Origin: Anthoceros angustus
Taxonomy: Eukaryota; Plantae; Anthocerotophyta
DNA length: 64,000 nucleotides
Direction: 5' to 3'
Assembly (NCBI GenBank): GCA_010909165.1
Contig: VJWM01000259.1
Span: 125,851 to 189,850, forward strand
Positions 1 through 13,840 of the stretch are shown one piece after another (position 1 is the stretch's first letter; each line of letters starts with the position of its first letter). The notes under the pieces are model-generated. The model was not told the DNA's origin. It did not search any database and saw nothing but the letters and a program-made list of their open reading frames with translations. The translations under genes were made by a program, and so were the position numbers.

Positions 1-940
1 TGTCGTCGATCTAAACGTGAACGGATGACCATGCCTACCGAATTTGCTTGGTGACCCGCCTCACGGAGAGGTGTGTCTGACGCCCGAGGATCGACTATGG
101 GCAAGAAAAAGGGCTGCTGGGCGGGGCGATTGACTCTGCGGCCTCTTTTGGACGCTTTTGATCGGACGGGTTGGACGATCTGGTTTTGCTCCCTCGCCGC
201 CGCCATGGATTGCTTGCTAGGAATCATTATCTCGGTTGAGGGTTCCACGTGGCCCGCCGTGCTTGGAGCCATACAAAGTGGCGCGTGCAAGTGGTCGCAG
301 CAACGCTGGTTTTGCTTCCACGATGGGCTTGCTGTGTGCTGAAATTGATGTCGGCGGTGCATAGCACGACGTCGCTACAGCTGGTGGGTGCTGGATATGC
401 AGGGTGGATCCGCACGGGTTGTCGTCGATCTAAACGTGAACGGATGACCATGCCTACCGAATTTGCTTGGTGACCCGCCTCACGGAGAGGTGTCCGACGC
501 TCAGGAGGATCGACTATGGGCAAGAAAAAGGGCTGCTGGGCGGGGCGATTGACTCTGCGGCCTCTTTGGACGCTTTTGATCGGACGGGTTGGACGATCTG
601 GTTTTGCTCCCTCGCCGCCGCCATGGATTGCTTGCTAGGAATCATTATCTCGGTTGAGGGTTCCACGTGGCCCGCCGTGCTTGGAGCCATACAAAGTGGC
701 GCGTGCAAGTGGTCGCAGCAACGCTGGTTTTGCTTCCACGATGGGCTTGCTGTGTGCTGAAATTGATGTCGGCGGTGCATAGCACGACGTCGCTACAGCT
801 GGTGGGTGCTGGATATGCAGGGTGGATCCGCACGGGTTGTCGTCGATCTAAACGTGAACGGATGACCATGCCTACCGAATTTGCTTGGTGACCCGCCTCA
901 CGGAGAGGTGTGTCTGACGCCCGAGGATCGACTATGGGCA
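1..940 (+). repeat. ~418-bp direct tandem repeat inside R0
   Basis: TGTCGTCGATCTAAACGTGAACGG recurs at 1, 420 and 838; an identical ORF occurs at 249 and 667. Confidence 0.9.
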
Positions 941-2442
941 AGAAAAAGGGCTGTAGGGGCGGGGGCTGATTGTCTGTGGCCTCTTTTGACGCGATTTTGA
1001 CCGGACGGGTTGGAGGATTGCTGGTTTTTCGCTCCCACCGCCATCGCCATGGATTGCTTGCGGGAATGATGACCATATGGTTTGATGGTTCTGCGTGCTG
1101 ATGCTTGAGCCATAAACGCGGTGACGGCGATGGTTTTGCTACCACGGTGGATGTTCCTTTGATCGGGAATTGGTGTCTGGTGATTAGCGATGTCTTTCGG
1201 TGGCGGATCTTTGGATGGGCGGGATGGGTGGATCCAGGGGTTGTCGATCTAAAACTTGACGGGATGGCCATGCGCGCCAATCCTTTTTCACAACCGGATC
1301 TGGTGATGCGGGTCAATGCGTGGGCTTGTGATGGGTACATGGGCGTGCGGCTGGAGAGAAAAGCGATCGGCAATAAGCACGCGTTGCTTACGAATGCATG
1401 AGGATGTGTAGTGATTGAGATTGGTGTAACTTGATGAGAAAATGATCACAGTGGTATCTGCTGCGAGGAAGTGTGTGATGGCCGTGAGGGTGAGCGACTT
1501 GGAGAGAAAAGATCAGAGGGTTACTGTTTATTGGTGACAATGATACGTGTGTGTGATGATGGAGATGCGATGGCCTTGGGCCTTACGCCGTTTGTTTGCT
1601 TCTTTGCAAGGATGTGTATGAAATTGTGACGAGACTAGTGAGCGAAAAACGATCCTCATCAAGTGGATGCACATTGTTTGCTTCTTTGCAAGCATCTGGT
1701 AGGTATGTAATGGTTGAGACTCATGAGCGGCCCGGAGAAAAAGCGATGTAAAGTGGATGCACGTTGTATACTTGCAAGGATGCATGTGGGTGTTTGATGA
1801 TTGAGGTGATGAACGGCCTAGAGAAAATAATGCAAGCAATGATGTGCTCGCTGCGCAAGGATGCATGTGGGTTTGTGATATTGAGATCGGCGGTTTGGAG
1901 AAGCAAGGCAGCTATAGATGCACACTACTCCTTGCTACAAGGATGCTTGCGGTAAAGGTTTTGATAACTTACGGTGACATACCAACCATGGACCACAAAT
2001 GGTGGTAGTCATTGCTACTTTGACAACCACGGAAATTAATGGTGACATGCATGATTTTTCTCTCTCATGAACAAATGATGTTCCTATTTGCCGTTGATCC
2101 ACAGTTGCTAGCATGCTGAAAAATGGAAGAGTGCTTATAGACATCTTGGTTCACTTCTGTCGATTCGATGTAAATCTAACTACTTACCGGTGCGGAAATT
2201 GCCGGACACATTGCATGCCTTTACACAATCATCCGTGTACGCTACAAATGTGATATACTCATACCAATGGAGGGCTGGGCGATGCCGGATCTCTCACACA
2301 TGGGGGTTGCTTACGAATTAGGAGACCTATGGTCTCGAACTTGGAAAATCCTTCCTGGGATTATTTTAAAATATATCTCTAAGCAGCTTTGCTTGAAATG
2401 ACCTGCTAGGTCGGCACACATTTATGCGATGTAGTCTAGAAA
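1..2442 (+). repeat. Partial pseudo-LTR block R0 (5' repeat of unit 1)
   Basis: Same modules as the later R blocks, ending in ATGCGATGTAGTCTAG(G)AAA followed by TCTA. Confidence 0.8.
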
Positions 2443-5400
2443 TCTATCTATCTTGTTACATTCTTGGTTTGGTCACCAAGAATCCTTTCAACCTTTGGGT
2501 TTAGAAAGTCTGCAGTTCAAATCTCTTGTGGATTAATCATGCTTGGTGTTCACAAATGTGTTGGACTCACTAAGGTTGGAAATTGGCTTGGTGTTCGTGG
2601 CAATCGAGTTTCTCCTGCCCTCATTCATGGGCTACACACATGCTTTGGTTTGATCCCCTTCGTGGGCTGTCAGGTGATTGCTTCCATTGTCCCCCCTCCA
2701 TTCATGCTGAAATTCAATTGCACGATAGCGCGGCAGTCTTTGTTGTGGTGATGGATGGCACCCTCCCATCTTCTGAGGTCCTCTCATTCAACGATTGGTG
2801 CAAGCTTGCCAATTCATAACCGATGATGATGAAGGGATGAAGCTTCTTCAAACCATTGAGCGAGAACTTGGAGCAATGTGTCGTCAGTATGCACAAGCAA
2901 CGATTGGACGAGGAAAGAGTTCGGATTGCCAAGGCTCAAGGTTGCAACTGGTCGGCATGAGCCCGCCCATGCTTCAGAGGCTGAGATTCAACCATCTGCT
3001 TCCCACGCCAACATGACGGAGGAGGACCGCACCTTCATGCGTGAATATGTCGCCCAAGCACAAGAAAGCAGTGATGCAGAGGGTTTCCTCTCATGAGCAA
3101 GGTCCCATTCCTCTTGTTGCACCTAGGGACATTGAGGTGATTGTGCTGCCATCTCCCACAAGATGTGGACTGCTCTAACCTCTCTTACTTGGCACCCTTC
3201 ACTGCTGAAACTTTTCAAGTCCTTTGTAGGCTAAGTGATGAAGAAATGGCGTTGTTGTGAAGGCCGTGGATGGAAATGTGGCTTGGGCTGGGTTTTGCAA
3301 CTGTAAATAGCCCCGGTGATCTTGCTTTGATGCTACCAAATGCCAGTGATGAGATGATGTTGTGTAGGGTAAAAGGCTCATGAAACCGGTGGCTGGGAAG
3401 GACCATGACAAAACATGGTGGAATTGGCTCAGCCTTACATCAAATGCATCTGCCAAGATTTGTTGAGCAGTGATGGTAGGGCTGCCCGCAATGGCGATAT
3501 CATCCGGTTTGACCAAGCCCTCGTTCATGGTACAAGATTTGGATGAGTTCTTTCTGGCGAGCCTCCGTGTTCAATGGCTTGCCTTCACGGCATTCCTGAA
3601 TGCTGGCCAAAACCGTGATTGTGTGAAAGCCCACATTTCCTTCATGTATGTACGTGAAATGATCTTTGGATGGTGCCGCATTTGCCACTAACCCCACCCA
3701 AAGGCTCCTTGTTGCATTCACGGATCAGCAAAACTCATGATAGAGAAAATGATCAAGCCTCCTTCCTTCACGGAAGAATGCGATCGCTTGATGAAACAGG
3801 AGTTGAGGTCCAATCAAAAATCCTATATGCTAAAGCAAAGTCGATGGGGACAAGCACGAAAAGTCCTCACCGGAGGCACCGTGGCAATAGGCAAGGTGGC
3901 CCCATGATGCACAATAGGTTTTCTAACAAATATGCTAGCCCTGGTAGTGGCCCCTACTATCAGCAAAGAAGACTCTCCTATGGCTCTGGACATTCGGATG
4001 CTAGCAACCTTAGCTCTCCGGCCTCAGCATCCGGCACCCCGGCTACTTCCAACACACATGGTGATGCTGGCACTCCAGCTTCTGGTGCCTCTTCCACCTC
4101 AAAGCCTCCCAGTGGACTACGGGGCAAACTCGTGATTTTTGTAAGTTCGATGACCCTCTTTTCTTCGTTGTCCGCTAATTTTTCCTTGGTTGCCTTTTCC
4201 GTGTCATCCACGATGATGCGTCTTGCTGATCGCATGTTGCTTTTGACATGGTGAATGGCAATTAGTGAAGCATGCACCGATACCAATGCTGGTTTCGTTC
4301 ACACATTGTACTGTAATAGACTGTTGGAACATTTGCAAGTGAAAAAGTTGCTGACCCAAGCTACTAACATGCTTGGTGATGCTTCCTTGATGCAGCTAGT
4401 CTTGGAAACTACCTTTGGATGGAGACATGTTGCCTCCTTGAGGCAAGAGGTGTACAAGCCTCGGAAAGTATTTGTGGATTTTCTTTTTGAACCTGGAGAT
4501 AGTGTGCCCAGAGACACCTGCGTGTGCCCATCACAAAAGCGCTTCAAGCTTTTGTGGATCCTTTGACCATGGATCCCAATGATGGGGTGGCTCATGTTCG
4601 CTGCAGTTGTGCTCGTGAGGGACCGTAACCTCCAAGCACAACTCAAGATGGATGAACCAGATCCCCTTGCCTCCCTCAACGTCCCACGATCTTGTGGAGT
4701 GTTCGGATTCTTTTGCACAACTTGTGGAAATTTTCTTAGCACATGGGTGCAATCTGTTAGATGAGCATGTCTTTTTGGCTCAAAATTGGCTGCGTTCACA
4801 GTGCTTCCAATCTTTGAGACAAGCCAAAAACAAAGGCTTTGGTCCCCATGGTAGGACTCATGTTCGGAAAATTCATGCAAGGGATGAGCTCTCATGGCTC
4901 CTTAACCACCTCTATTGTTCGCCTTGATAAAGCCAACACCACAGTCTGTTCAATGCACCTTCTATGTCGGAAATGTGCCTTGAAAAGACTTTGTGATCCG
5001 GACTTTTCACCCGGCTGGAAAATGGCACTTGGTTGCCTATCTCACATATCCCGAGTAACATTCAATTCCGGTGGAAAGCATACTCCCGAGATTCCGGTGG
5101 ACCAAGACTTTGGTCTCCCCCACCTCATGGGAATTTTTAAACAGCATAAATTGAAGCACGTGGTTAACCAATGGACATGATTGTGTGTTCTCTATCTTGG
5201 CACCTACTCACATTTGCCACAAATCTTATTATTCCAATTTTAAGGGATTGGACCCTTGGGCTTCAAGAGGGCTATAAAACCTACTTGGAGTGGATACCTC
5301 AATGTTTTGGATCACGGAATCGTGGTACAAGTGGCAATCAATCTCCCGCTAAAATACATTCCATTTTAGTCGCGGATATTACGCGATGCTATGAGGCTAT

Positions 5401-5819
5401 TCCACACAAGGGAAGACTCCTTTGAAGCCATGGCTTTTGTCTTAAAAGGCATACACTCATGTCATGACACGTGAGCAAAACTAAAACCTTATGGGTGAAA
5501 TACTCATTCACCCAAAGGCTTTTGTGATTACAAGTGGGTTTATGATACACCTAGTTGCACCATCGACCATGGATCCCTCTCCCATACGAGACTCCTAAGT
5601 CTCCACTTATGGCTTATGCAAAGCAATGTCCAGCTTGGAAACCACGCAGTTGCAAACCTCGGGCATCCCAATGGGCTTTTCATGCTCTCCACTTTGGTGC
5701 AACTTGTACTTCTTCTCCTATGAATGCCGCTTCATTCAACGCCTAGCACGACTAGGAAGAACTGATCTAATGGCACTGTTCAAAGAAGCTAGAAGATACA
5801 TTGATGATATCTGCTGGCT
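2425..5819 (+). pseudogene. Penelope-like ORF copy 1, 5' part (N-terminal extension, CxC, RT up to YIDD); frameshifted
   Basis: Pieces DTCVCPSQKRF, LDKANTTVC, ADITRCYEAIP, GIPMGFSCSPLWCNLYFFSYE, RRYIDDICWL. Confidence 0.85.
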
Positions 5820-8483
5820 TGTAAACGATCTGGTATTGGAAACTCCCTGTTGGATTGTGTCTTTGAGTGATTTTTTGTTAAGTTTGGTGTCAAGAAGAGC
5901 TAGGTTATGAGTAGGAAGGGATATTTATAGTAGAAAGTGTCCTTGACCTACGAGTTTTGGGGTTGTTTTTTGGGTTAAATAATAATCGGTCCTTGGACTA
6001 TGAACTCGATACTCCTTGGCCTTTGGTCTTGGAATATTTAATAAAAAAGCCTATATATGGGCGGGGTCCCCATATTTGGCGAGGTCCGTAGGCTAGAGGT
6101 CGAACCAACCGGCGGTAGTTGAACGGTGTGTGGTCGGGTGTCAAGGGACTATGTTTCAAGACGGTTGGCGGGCGGTGCGGTCGTGGAAGGAAGGAGCGGT
6201 CGCGGAAGAAGAAGTGGTAGCCGGTTGGCGTCGTAGAGTTTCCGGGAAATATAACCCTAAGGGAACTCGGAAAGGCACGAGGCCGGTGGGTAGCTCAGAC
6301 GATCCACAGCGGGCACGAGCTCGCACGAGGTAGGGCGAGGCCACAGTGGCGGCGGGAGCTCGCGATTCTGGAAGGAAGAAACCACAGGGGATTGACCAAG
6401 TTGGAGATTAGGCGAGTTATCAGCAATTGAGGCTGGGGTGAGGGTTTTGCAGAGCATGGCGCCCAAGGTTGCAGCGAAATTTGAGCCCAATGGCCAAATA
6501 TGGACCATTGGAGGGTCCGAGGTGGAGGATTGGTGAGGGAGCTGGGACTTGGGATCATGGAAAAACTGGAGAGTTTATGGGAGGATTTTCCGGATCGGAA
6601 CGAGGAAGGAGGACCCATAAATTCAGCAAGAAGAGCTAGGTTATGAGTAGGAAGGGATATTTATAGTAGAAAGTGTCCTTGGCCTATGAGTTTTTGGGGT
6701 TGTTTTGTGGGTTAAATAATAATCGGTCCTTGGACTATGAACTCGATACTCCTTGGCCTTTGGTCTTGGAATATTTAATAAAAGGCCTATATATGGGGGG
6801 GGGTCCCCATATTTGGCAGGTCCGTAGGCTAGAGGTCGAACCAACCGGGTAGTTGAAGTGTGTGGTCGATGGGGTGTCGGGACTATGTTTCAAGACGGTT
6901 GGCCGCGGTGCGGTCGTGGAAGGAAGGAGCGGTCGCGAAGAAGAAGTGGTAGCCGGTTGGCGGTCGTGGAAAGTTTAACCCTAAGGGAACTCGGAAAGGC
7001 ACGAGGGCGGCTGGGTAGCTCAGACGATCACGGCGGGCACGAGCTCGCACGAGGTCAGAAGGGCAGCCACAGTGGCGGCGGGAGCTCGCGATTCTGGAAG
7101 GAAGAAACCCGATTGACCAAGTTGGAGATTAGGCGAGTTATCAGCAATTTGTGGGCGTGAGGGTTTTGCAGAGCATGGCGCCCAAGGTTGCAGCGAAATT
7201 TGAGCCCAATGGCCAAATATGGACCATTGGAGGGTCCGAGGTGGAGGATTGGTGAGGGAGGGACTTGGGATCATGGAAAAACAGTGGAGTTTATGGGAGG
7301 ATTTTCCGGATCAAGAACGAGGAAGGAGGACCCATAAATTCAGCAGAAGGACGAAGGGCCAGCGACCAAATCGGAGGAGTGCGGAGATAACATGGGCGGG
7401 AGTAGTGGCATCCTAGGAATAGAACTTTGGATAGGATGCCATCTTGGACCTAAGGCCGTCCGAAATTGTAGGGCGCCTCTTGGCGTTCGCTTTTAGGACT
7501 GGAAAGTCGGTGGCTATGGCCGAATTGTATAAAGGGGCTTGGTTGTGCCCCTCACATCGAGATAACTCTGGTTGAGATCCCCCACTGCTGTGGCTGGTTG
7601 GAGACGTCCATTGAGGTGGTGTGCGAGGCGCTCCTAGGGGTGGTCGAGAGCTTGCTCCATGGGGGGAGGAGGGTGATAGAGCAATCTTCTTGACAAAGGA
7701 GGAGGAAACCAAGGGATTGGCGCGGGCGGTGAGCTTGCTCATGCGCCCTGGGGTTCTTCTTTCCTTCACCCTTGTTCCTGTAGTTGTGTTCAAATTGAGA
7801 GAGAAGTGTTGAGTGGATGGTTGGAAGCCTGCGGCGAATTGAGGAGAGAGAGAGAGAGAGAAGATTGGGTGAAGGAGTGACTAAACAGCGCGATCACGAG
7901 GTGTAAGAGGAGTTGAGAAGGGAACTAATTGAGAGACTAATGGAGATTTGTGTGGATCCAAAAGAATCCAAACCGGTCTTGTTGGTGGAAGTGTGAGGAA
8001 ACAGTTCCCTTGTAAAATTGTGTGAGTGTGGCGCCTTTGTGTGTGTGTGAAGCGGTGAGGATTTGTGGAACTTTGGTCCCTAGGAATCGGTGTGTGTGTG
8101 TGTGAAGTGTGGAGTGCGAATAAAGTCGATCAGGCAGTGGTGGGCCCGTGGCGAGATCCGCGCGCGCCGGAAATAAGTCGCTAGGGTTTGGCGTGGGACC
8201 CACCTCGGTGGTCAAGCAACTACCCGGTGAGAACCGCGTCGTGGAATAAGATTTGCGTCGTGGAATAAGATTTGTGGTAGTTAGACAAGTCGGGAGGTAG
8301 TAGTAGTTGAGTAGATAGGTAAGAGGAGTAATAGCAGTAAGTCGACTTAGGTGAAGGTCGAGCGATAGAAGTTAGCGTCTCTTGGCACAAACCATTCCCT
8401 TGGGAGCGAATCCTAAGCCTACAACGACATTGAGGGTGAATGTGGACCTCACGGTGTCCCTAGACACAAATTCACACTCCACA
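5820..8483 (+). repeat. 5' LTR (2.66 kb, including a ~736-bp internal tandem duplication)
   Basis: Begins TGTAAACGATC and ends CACTCCACA, matching 14565-16472. Confidence 0.9.
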
Positions 8484-8486
8484 TTT

Positions 8487-8503
8487 TGGCGCGGGAATGG
8501 ATC
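8487..8503 (+). promoter_or_regulatory. Putative primer-binding site
   Basis: TGGCGCGGGAATGGATC lies 3 nt after the 5' LTR; the priming tRNA was not identified. Confidence 0.6.
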
Positions 8504-8889
8504 AAGGACGTGGGTAGAACTAACCATAGCCTAAGTAGAGTCTAGCATTACTAGATTGATAGATGGATGCCTCGGGTGGACAAGCGATTCGATCTGGGAA
8601 ACGCTTGGCAAGCGGCAAGCAGCGGAAAGATTGCAGAGAGTTACGAGGAGGCAGGGGAGATCACACTGGGGAGGAAGAGGAGGCGAGTCGCCGGAATCGA
8701 GGATCGGATCCCGATCCGACTCATTCCCAACTCTCGACTACGGAAGGTACAAGGGCCCGGGTACCCCAACCCGACCCGCCTTTCAATCGTTCAGTTGCCA
8801 GTCCGGTCGGTCAAACTTGCATGTAGAAGCGATCGGGCGGGTAGTTGTATCACTACATCGTTGAAAGTACTACCACGGTAGCTATGACT

Positions 8890-10920
8890 ACTACTCCGGT
8901 GTTGTTACCACTAAGCAATCTTACCCGTATGGAGAGAAGAAGGGCCATGAGGATCCCGACGAGTTTGTCGGCGTTTTGAGCCGGTGGCTTGAGCAGGAGG
9001 TAGGGGATGCGCGTGCCCAATTTTGAGTCTTGCGGAGCGCGGCCAAGTGGTACAAACGAGAGTATCTCGCCTCTTCCACACCCCCAACTACCTTTGGGGC
9101 CTTGAAGAGGGCTTTTTGTGAAAGGTTCAGAGGAGTTGATGTGGAAGGATATGTCTTGTCCAAACTCGAGGGACTGCGGAGAGGGAAGAAGGAGACACGG
9201 CAAGCTTATGTGGAAAGGTTCCACAGCCTGCGTGATCGTGCTGGACCTCACTCGGAGTTAATGGCAATCCGCTTGGTTGAGAGGTGGCGGAGATGGGAAG
9301 CACGTCGTCTCAGTGAGAAAGACTTGGATCGGGCGATCAAGGCCGCCTCGAACTGAGGAGTCCAATGCGGAGAAAAGAAATCAAGAAGGGATACGGAGAC
9401 AAGAAGAAATCCAAGAAGAAGAAGAAGTACTACTCATCCTCCGATGACAGTTCCACGGAGGAAGATAGCTCCTCAGCAGACTCCTCGGATAGTTCCACGG
9501 AAGAAGAGACCAGTGATAGCTCAGAGGAAGATTCGTCAGGAGATGAGCGCGGCCGCAGGGAGAGAAAGAAGGAAACGAAAAATGAGTGGGAACTAAGACG
9601 CCGCGCCAGAGGAAAGGAGCTGGTGTATGCAAAGAAGGACGCGGAGCAGGTGAGAAGAGAGGTGGAAACAGCAGCCAAAAAGGTGGAGCAACAAGGGAAC
9701 AAGATGGAAGAAATGATGGCCAACGAGAAACTTCATCTCAATGCCATAAAAGACCACGAGAGGAGAAGGGCACCGGAGCGCGGCGACTCTCTCTCAACTT
9801 GCAGGAGGCACTCGAGGTCGAGCCTCCAAACGGTGCAACTCAGCTACGAGGAAGAGGAGGAGGAGATGTGCTTGGAAGATACATACCAAATTCAAGAGGC
9901 GACACCGTGCACCAAGACTTTGTACCCCTCAAGTTTGAAACTCCACATGGGCATTCGCAATCGATGGCAAGGAACCCCGGGCAAATGAGTGCCATTCTAC
10001 AATTGCCGAGGATTCGGCATCTTGCAATGCCCTTAGCATCTCGCCAGGAATGGTGATTTTGAGAGGTGTGGATTGCAAGCGGCACATGTCGGCGTGTTCT
10101 CGCCGAGAAAGACTTGGATCGGCGATCAAGGCCGCCTCGAACTACGAGGAGTCCAATGCGGAGGGAAAAGAAATCAAGAAGGGATACGGAGAGACAAGAA
10201 GAAATGAAGAAGAAGAAGTACTACTCATCCTCCGATGAGCCCACGGAGGAAGATAGCTCTCACAGACTCCTCGGATAGTTCCACGGAAGAAGAGACCAAA
10301 GGATAGCTGAGGAAGATTCACGAGATGAGCCAAGGGAGAGAAAGAAGGAAACGAAAATGAGTGGGAACTAAGACGCCGAGGAAAGGAGCTGTGTATGCAA
10401 AGAAGGACGCGGAGAGAGAGAGGTGGAAACAGAGCCAAAAAGGTGGAGCAACAAGGGAACAAGATGGAAGAAATGATGGCCAACCGAGAAGCTTCATCTC
10501 AATGCCATAAAAGACCACGAGAGGAGAAGGGTCACACGGAGCGCTAAATCTCTTCGCTCAACTTGGAGCAGGGCACTCGAGGTCGAACTGTCTGCAAACG
10601 AAGGTGCAACTGCTGGGCTACGAGGAATAGGAGGAGGAGATGTGCTTGGAAGATACATACCAAATTCAAGAGGCGACACCGATTTCTGGGTACCCGAAGA
10701 CTTTGTACCCCTCGAGTTTGCGAAACTCCACAGGCATGGGCATTCGCAATCAGATGGCAAGGAACCCCGGGCAAATGAGTGCCATTCAGTGTTACAATTG
10801 CCGAGGATTCGGTCATCTTGCCAGCAGCTGCCCTTCCGCATCTCGCCAGGGGAATGGTGATTTTGAGAGGCTGTGTGTGGATTGCAAGCACATGAAGCGG
10901 GCGTGTTCTCCGCCGACGAA
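8890..10920 (+). pseudogene. gag: gag (retrotransposon gag domain, Ser/Glu-rich linker, CCHC knuckle), partly duplicated and frameshifted
   Basis: EDPDEF, AKWYKRE..TFGALKRAFCERF..YVERF, CYNCRGFGHLASSC at ~10790-10831. Confidence 0.85.
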
Positions 10921-11789
10921 AGAAACATGTGAGGATTGCTCAACCGTTACGCCACCCACCCATGGAGCAAAATCCGTTACCAGCGATGCAAGTCGAAGAT
11001 GCGCTCATGGCGTATGGGAGGATTAGGCCCGGTGAGAAGTTTGGATTGGGGATATGGATAGTGGGTATTATGAAACTCCGCCATGGCTGCTCAACGGAGC
11101 GAGCGAGGAAGGCGGACACCCTAAGAAGGGGAGGAAGAAGAGAAAGAAGGAAGATTGGAGCCTCCACAACATCGAGTGAGGAGGAAGTCGTCTTCATCGG
11201 GAGGAAGGAGAGGTCCAGCCACAAAATGCCAACGAGGACTCGGATGAGCAGAGGCAAAAGGAGGCCATGCGAATCCGGGACGGGGCAAGGCATGAACGCT
11301 CACACTGCGAGCGATTTTGGGGCACCACGATGTAACTCCTTCAAGAACCCCGCTGGATTCGAGGGATGACGTGCGAAAGAAGGAAGGAGAGGAGGTGGAA
11401 CTCGAGTCGACATCCGGCGAAAAACCGCGGAGAGAAAAAGGATGAGTTAGGCGTTTCCGCCGATGTCGAAGGAAGTCATGGAGATGATCCGAGAGACTGG
11501 GAACACCCGACACACACCTCTGTCCACCCCCAACCGGCCATCCTGCTTCAAGCCGCACTGTGGAGCTACATGTTGCTGAAACGAGTGGAGCAAGCGAGAA
11601 GGGAGAACATGAATGGCCCTTTCAATCTGGCGGAGGCCATCATGGACCAAAAATTCATGATAACATTTGGACAGCTTCTCAGGGACAATCCGAGGTACCG
11701 CCAGCAGATCCGGTGGGCATTGAAGGCAGCACAACCCAAGAAGAGGCGGACCCTTCCCAAAACAAGGCCGAGGCCCCTTGCCGTGAACA

Positions 11790-12130
11790 TGGTGGCCATG
11801 GTCGACCAAGGTCCGTGAGCCGCAGATAGAAATCTCGGGATGCGTTATCAAGAAAGTACCTCGGATTCGGGTCCGGGGTCAACATCATGACGGAGGACAC
11901 TCGGAAGTTGGAGATAGAACACACATCCAAGGTCTGCGTCTTGCGGACATGTCCAGATGACACCGTGGGGAGCCGATCGAGTTCTAACCCATATTGGTAC
12001 CATTCCGCACCTTATGGACTATGTGGTCATCAAACGAGCTCCCGGATATGACGCTTTGATTGGCGGACGTGGATGTATGGGCGCTGTACCTTCAAGTGGG
12101 CAAGGAAGGAAGTGGGCTTCAAACCTCGGG
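11790..12130 (+). pseudogene. pol: Ty3 aspartic protease remnant, copy 1
   Basis: DSG-S-G-V-N-I-like site at ~11865; DYVVIKR..YDALIG. Confidence 0.7.
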
Positions 12131-13489
12131 GGACCCCAAGGTTAAGGAAGGGAGGATATGTTTATCTTGGAGTCGAGATACGTGCAGAGAGACGCCACGG
12201 AAACAGATGGCTATACTCATAGAAGACACATTTGGGGAGGAGGATGAGAAAGAGAAGTTCCGCTTGCCCACATTTCTTGGTCGGATGAAGAGCGGGACTA
12301 TCGAGACATTCCCACTCCATCACTGGTGGGTTGTTATGGAGTGATTGACTGGTGTGGAAGGTACTACTGCGGTAGTGGAAGGTGGAGCAGCAGTTGTGGA
12401 AGGTGGTGGGACGGATGTGGAAGTTCTCCGGCGAAGCGTTGTTGGCGAGATGGAGGCGGCTGGCGAGAATCGGAAGGCGGCAAGTGATGGTACGGTAAAT
12501 GAGAAGGGAGATCCGGATACACCAGCCTACTTATTCGTAAATATTTGAGTTCACAGAATCAGCATCCCGGACCTTTCAAGGCAACAACATGCCTCGGTGC
12601 ATTATTCGAGTCCATTTGTCCGAGGCGGCTTATATAAGGAGGGACCGGACGGAGAGAAAGGTTGTGGGTGGTACCTCGTGACTTGGACCTACCATATGAC
12701 AACAGATATATGCACTTTCCGAGGCCAACCGAGGAGCCCGGAAGGTTTGGGGATATGGATAGTGGGTATTATGAACTCGCCATGGCTGCTCAACACGGAG
12801 CGGGCGAGAGGAAGGACACCCTAAGAAGGGGAACGGGGAAGAAGAGAAAGAAGGATTGGAGCCTCCAACATCGAGTGAGGAGGAAGTCGTCTTCATCGGG
12901 CGAGGAAGGAGAGGGTCCAGCCACAAAATGCCAACGGGACTGGGATGCAAACGGAAAAAGGGAGGCATGAATCCATGGACGGCAAGGCATGAACGCACAC
13001 CCAACGCAAAATTGCGATTTTGGGGCACCACGATGTAACTCCTCAGAACCCCGCTGGATTCGAGGGGGACGAAGAAGGAGGGGAGGAACTCGAGTCGACA
13101 TCCGGCGAAAACCCGCGGAGAGAAAAAGGATGAGGGTTCCGCCAGATGTCGAAGGAAGTCATGGAGATGATCCGAGAGAATCGAACAGACCCCGACACAC
13201 TCCGTCACCATCGCCCACCCAACCCAGCCCACGCCATCGCTCAGACCGCACACTGTGGAGCTACCGCGTTGCTGAAACGGGAGTGGAGCAAGCCGAGAAG
13301 GGAGAACACAATGGCCCTTTCAATCCGAGGCCATCATGGACCAAAATTCATGATAACATTTGGACAGCTTCTCGTGGACAATCCGAGGTACCGCCACAGA
13401 TCCGGGGCATTGAAGGCAAGACAACCCAAGAAGAGGCGACCCTTCCCAAAACAAGGCCGAGGCCCCTTGCCGTGAACATGGTGGCCATG

Positions 13490-13840
13490 GTGACCAAGGT
13501 CCGTGAGCCGCAGATAGAAATCTGGATGCGTTATCAAGAAAGTACCGATTCGGGTCCGGGGTCAACATCATGACGGAGGACACAACCGGTTAATGGAGAT
13601 AGAACACACATCCAAGGTCTGCGTCTTGCGGACATGTCCAGATGACACCGTGGGGAGCCGATCGAGTTCTAACCCATATTGGTACCATTCCGCACCTTAT
13701 GGACTATGTGGTCATCAAACGTAAAGCTCCCGGATATGACGCTTTGATTGGCCGGACGTGGATGTATGGGGCGCACTGTACCTTCAAGTGGGCAAGGAAG
13801 TGGGCTTCAAACCTGGACTGGGACCCCAAGGTTAAGGAAG
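13490..13840 (+). pseudogene. pol: Ty3 aspartic protease remnant, copy 2
   Basis: DYVVIKRKAPGYDALIGRTWMYGAHC. Confidence 0.7.

Noticed and set aside
73-1955. Many short overlapping ORFs in the R blocks as host genes
   Set aside because: No recognisable domain; frames differ between copies; they lie within the repeat cassette.
1300-1960. CRISPR-like regularly spaced repeats
   Set aside because: Units are degenerate and variable, spacers are homologous to each other, there are no cas genes, and the context is eukaryotic.
3978-4895. Minus-strand ORFs opposite the Penelope-like ORF
   Set aside because: Antisense shadows of the + strand coding region.
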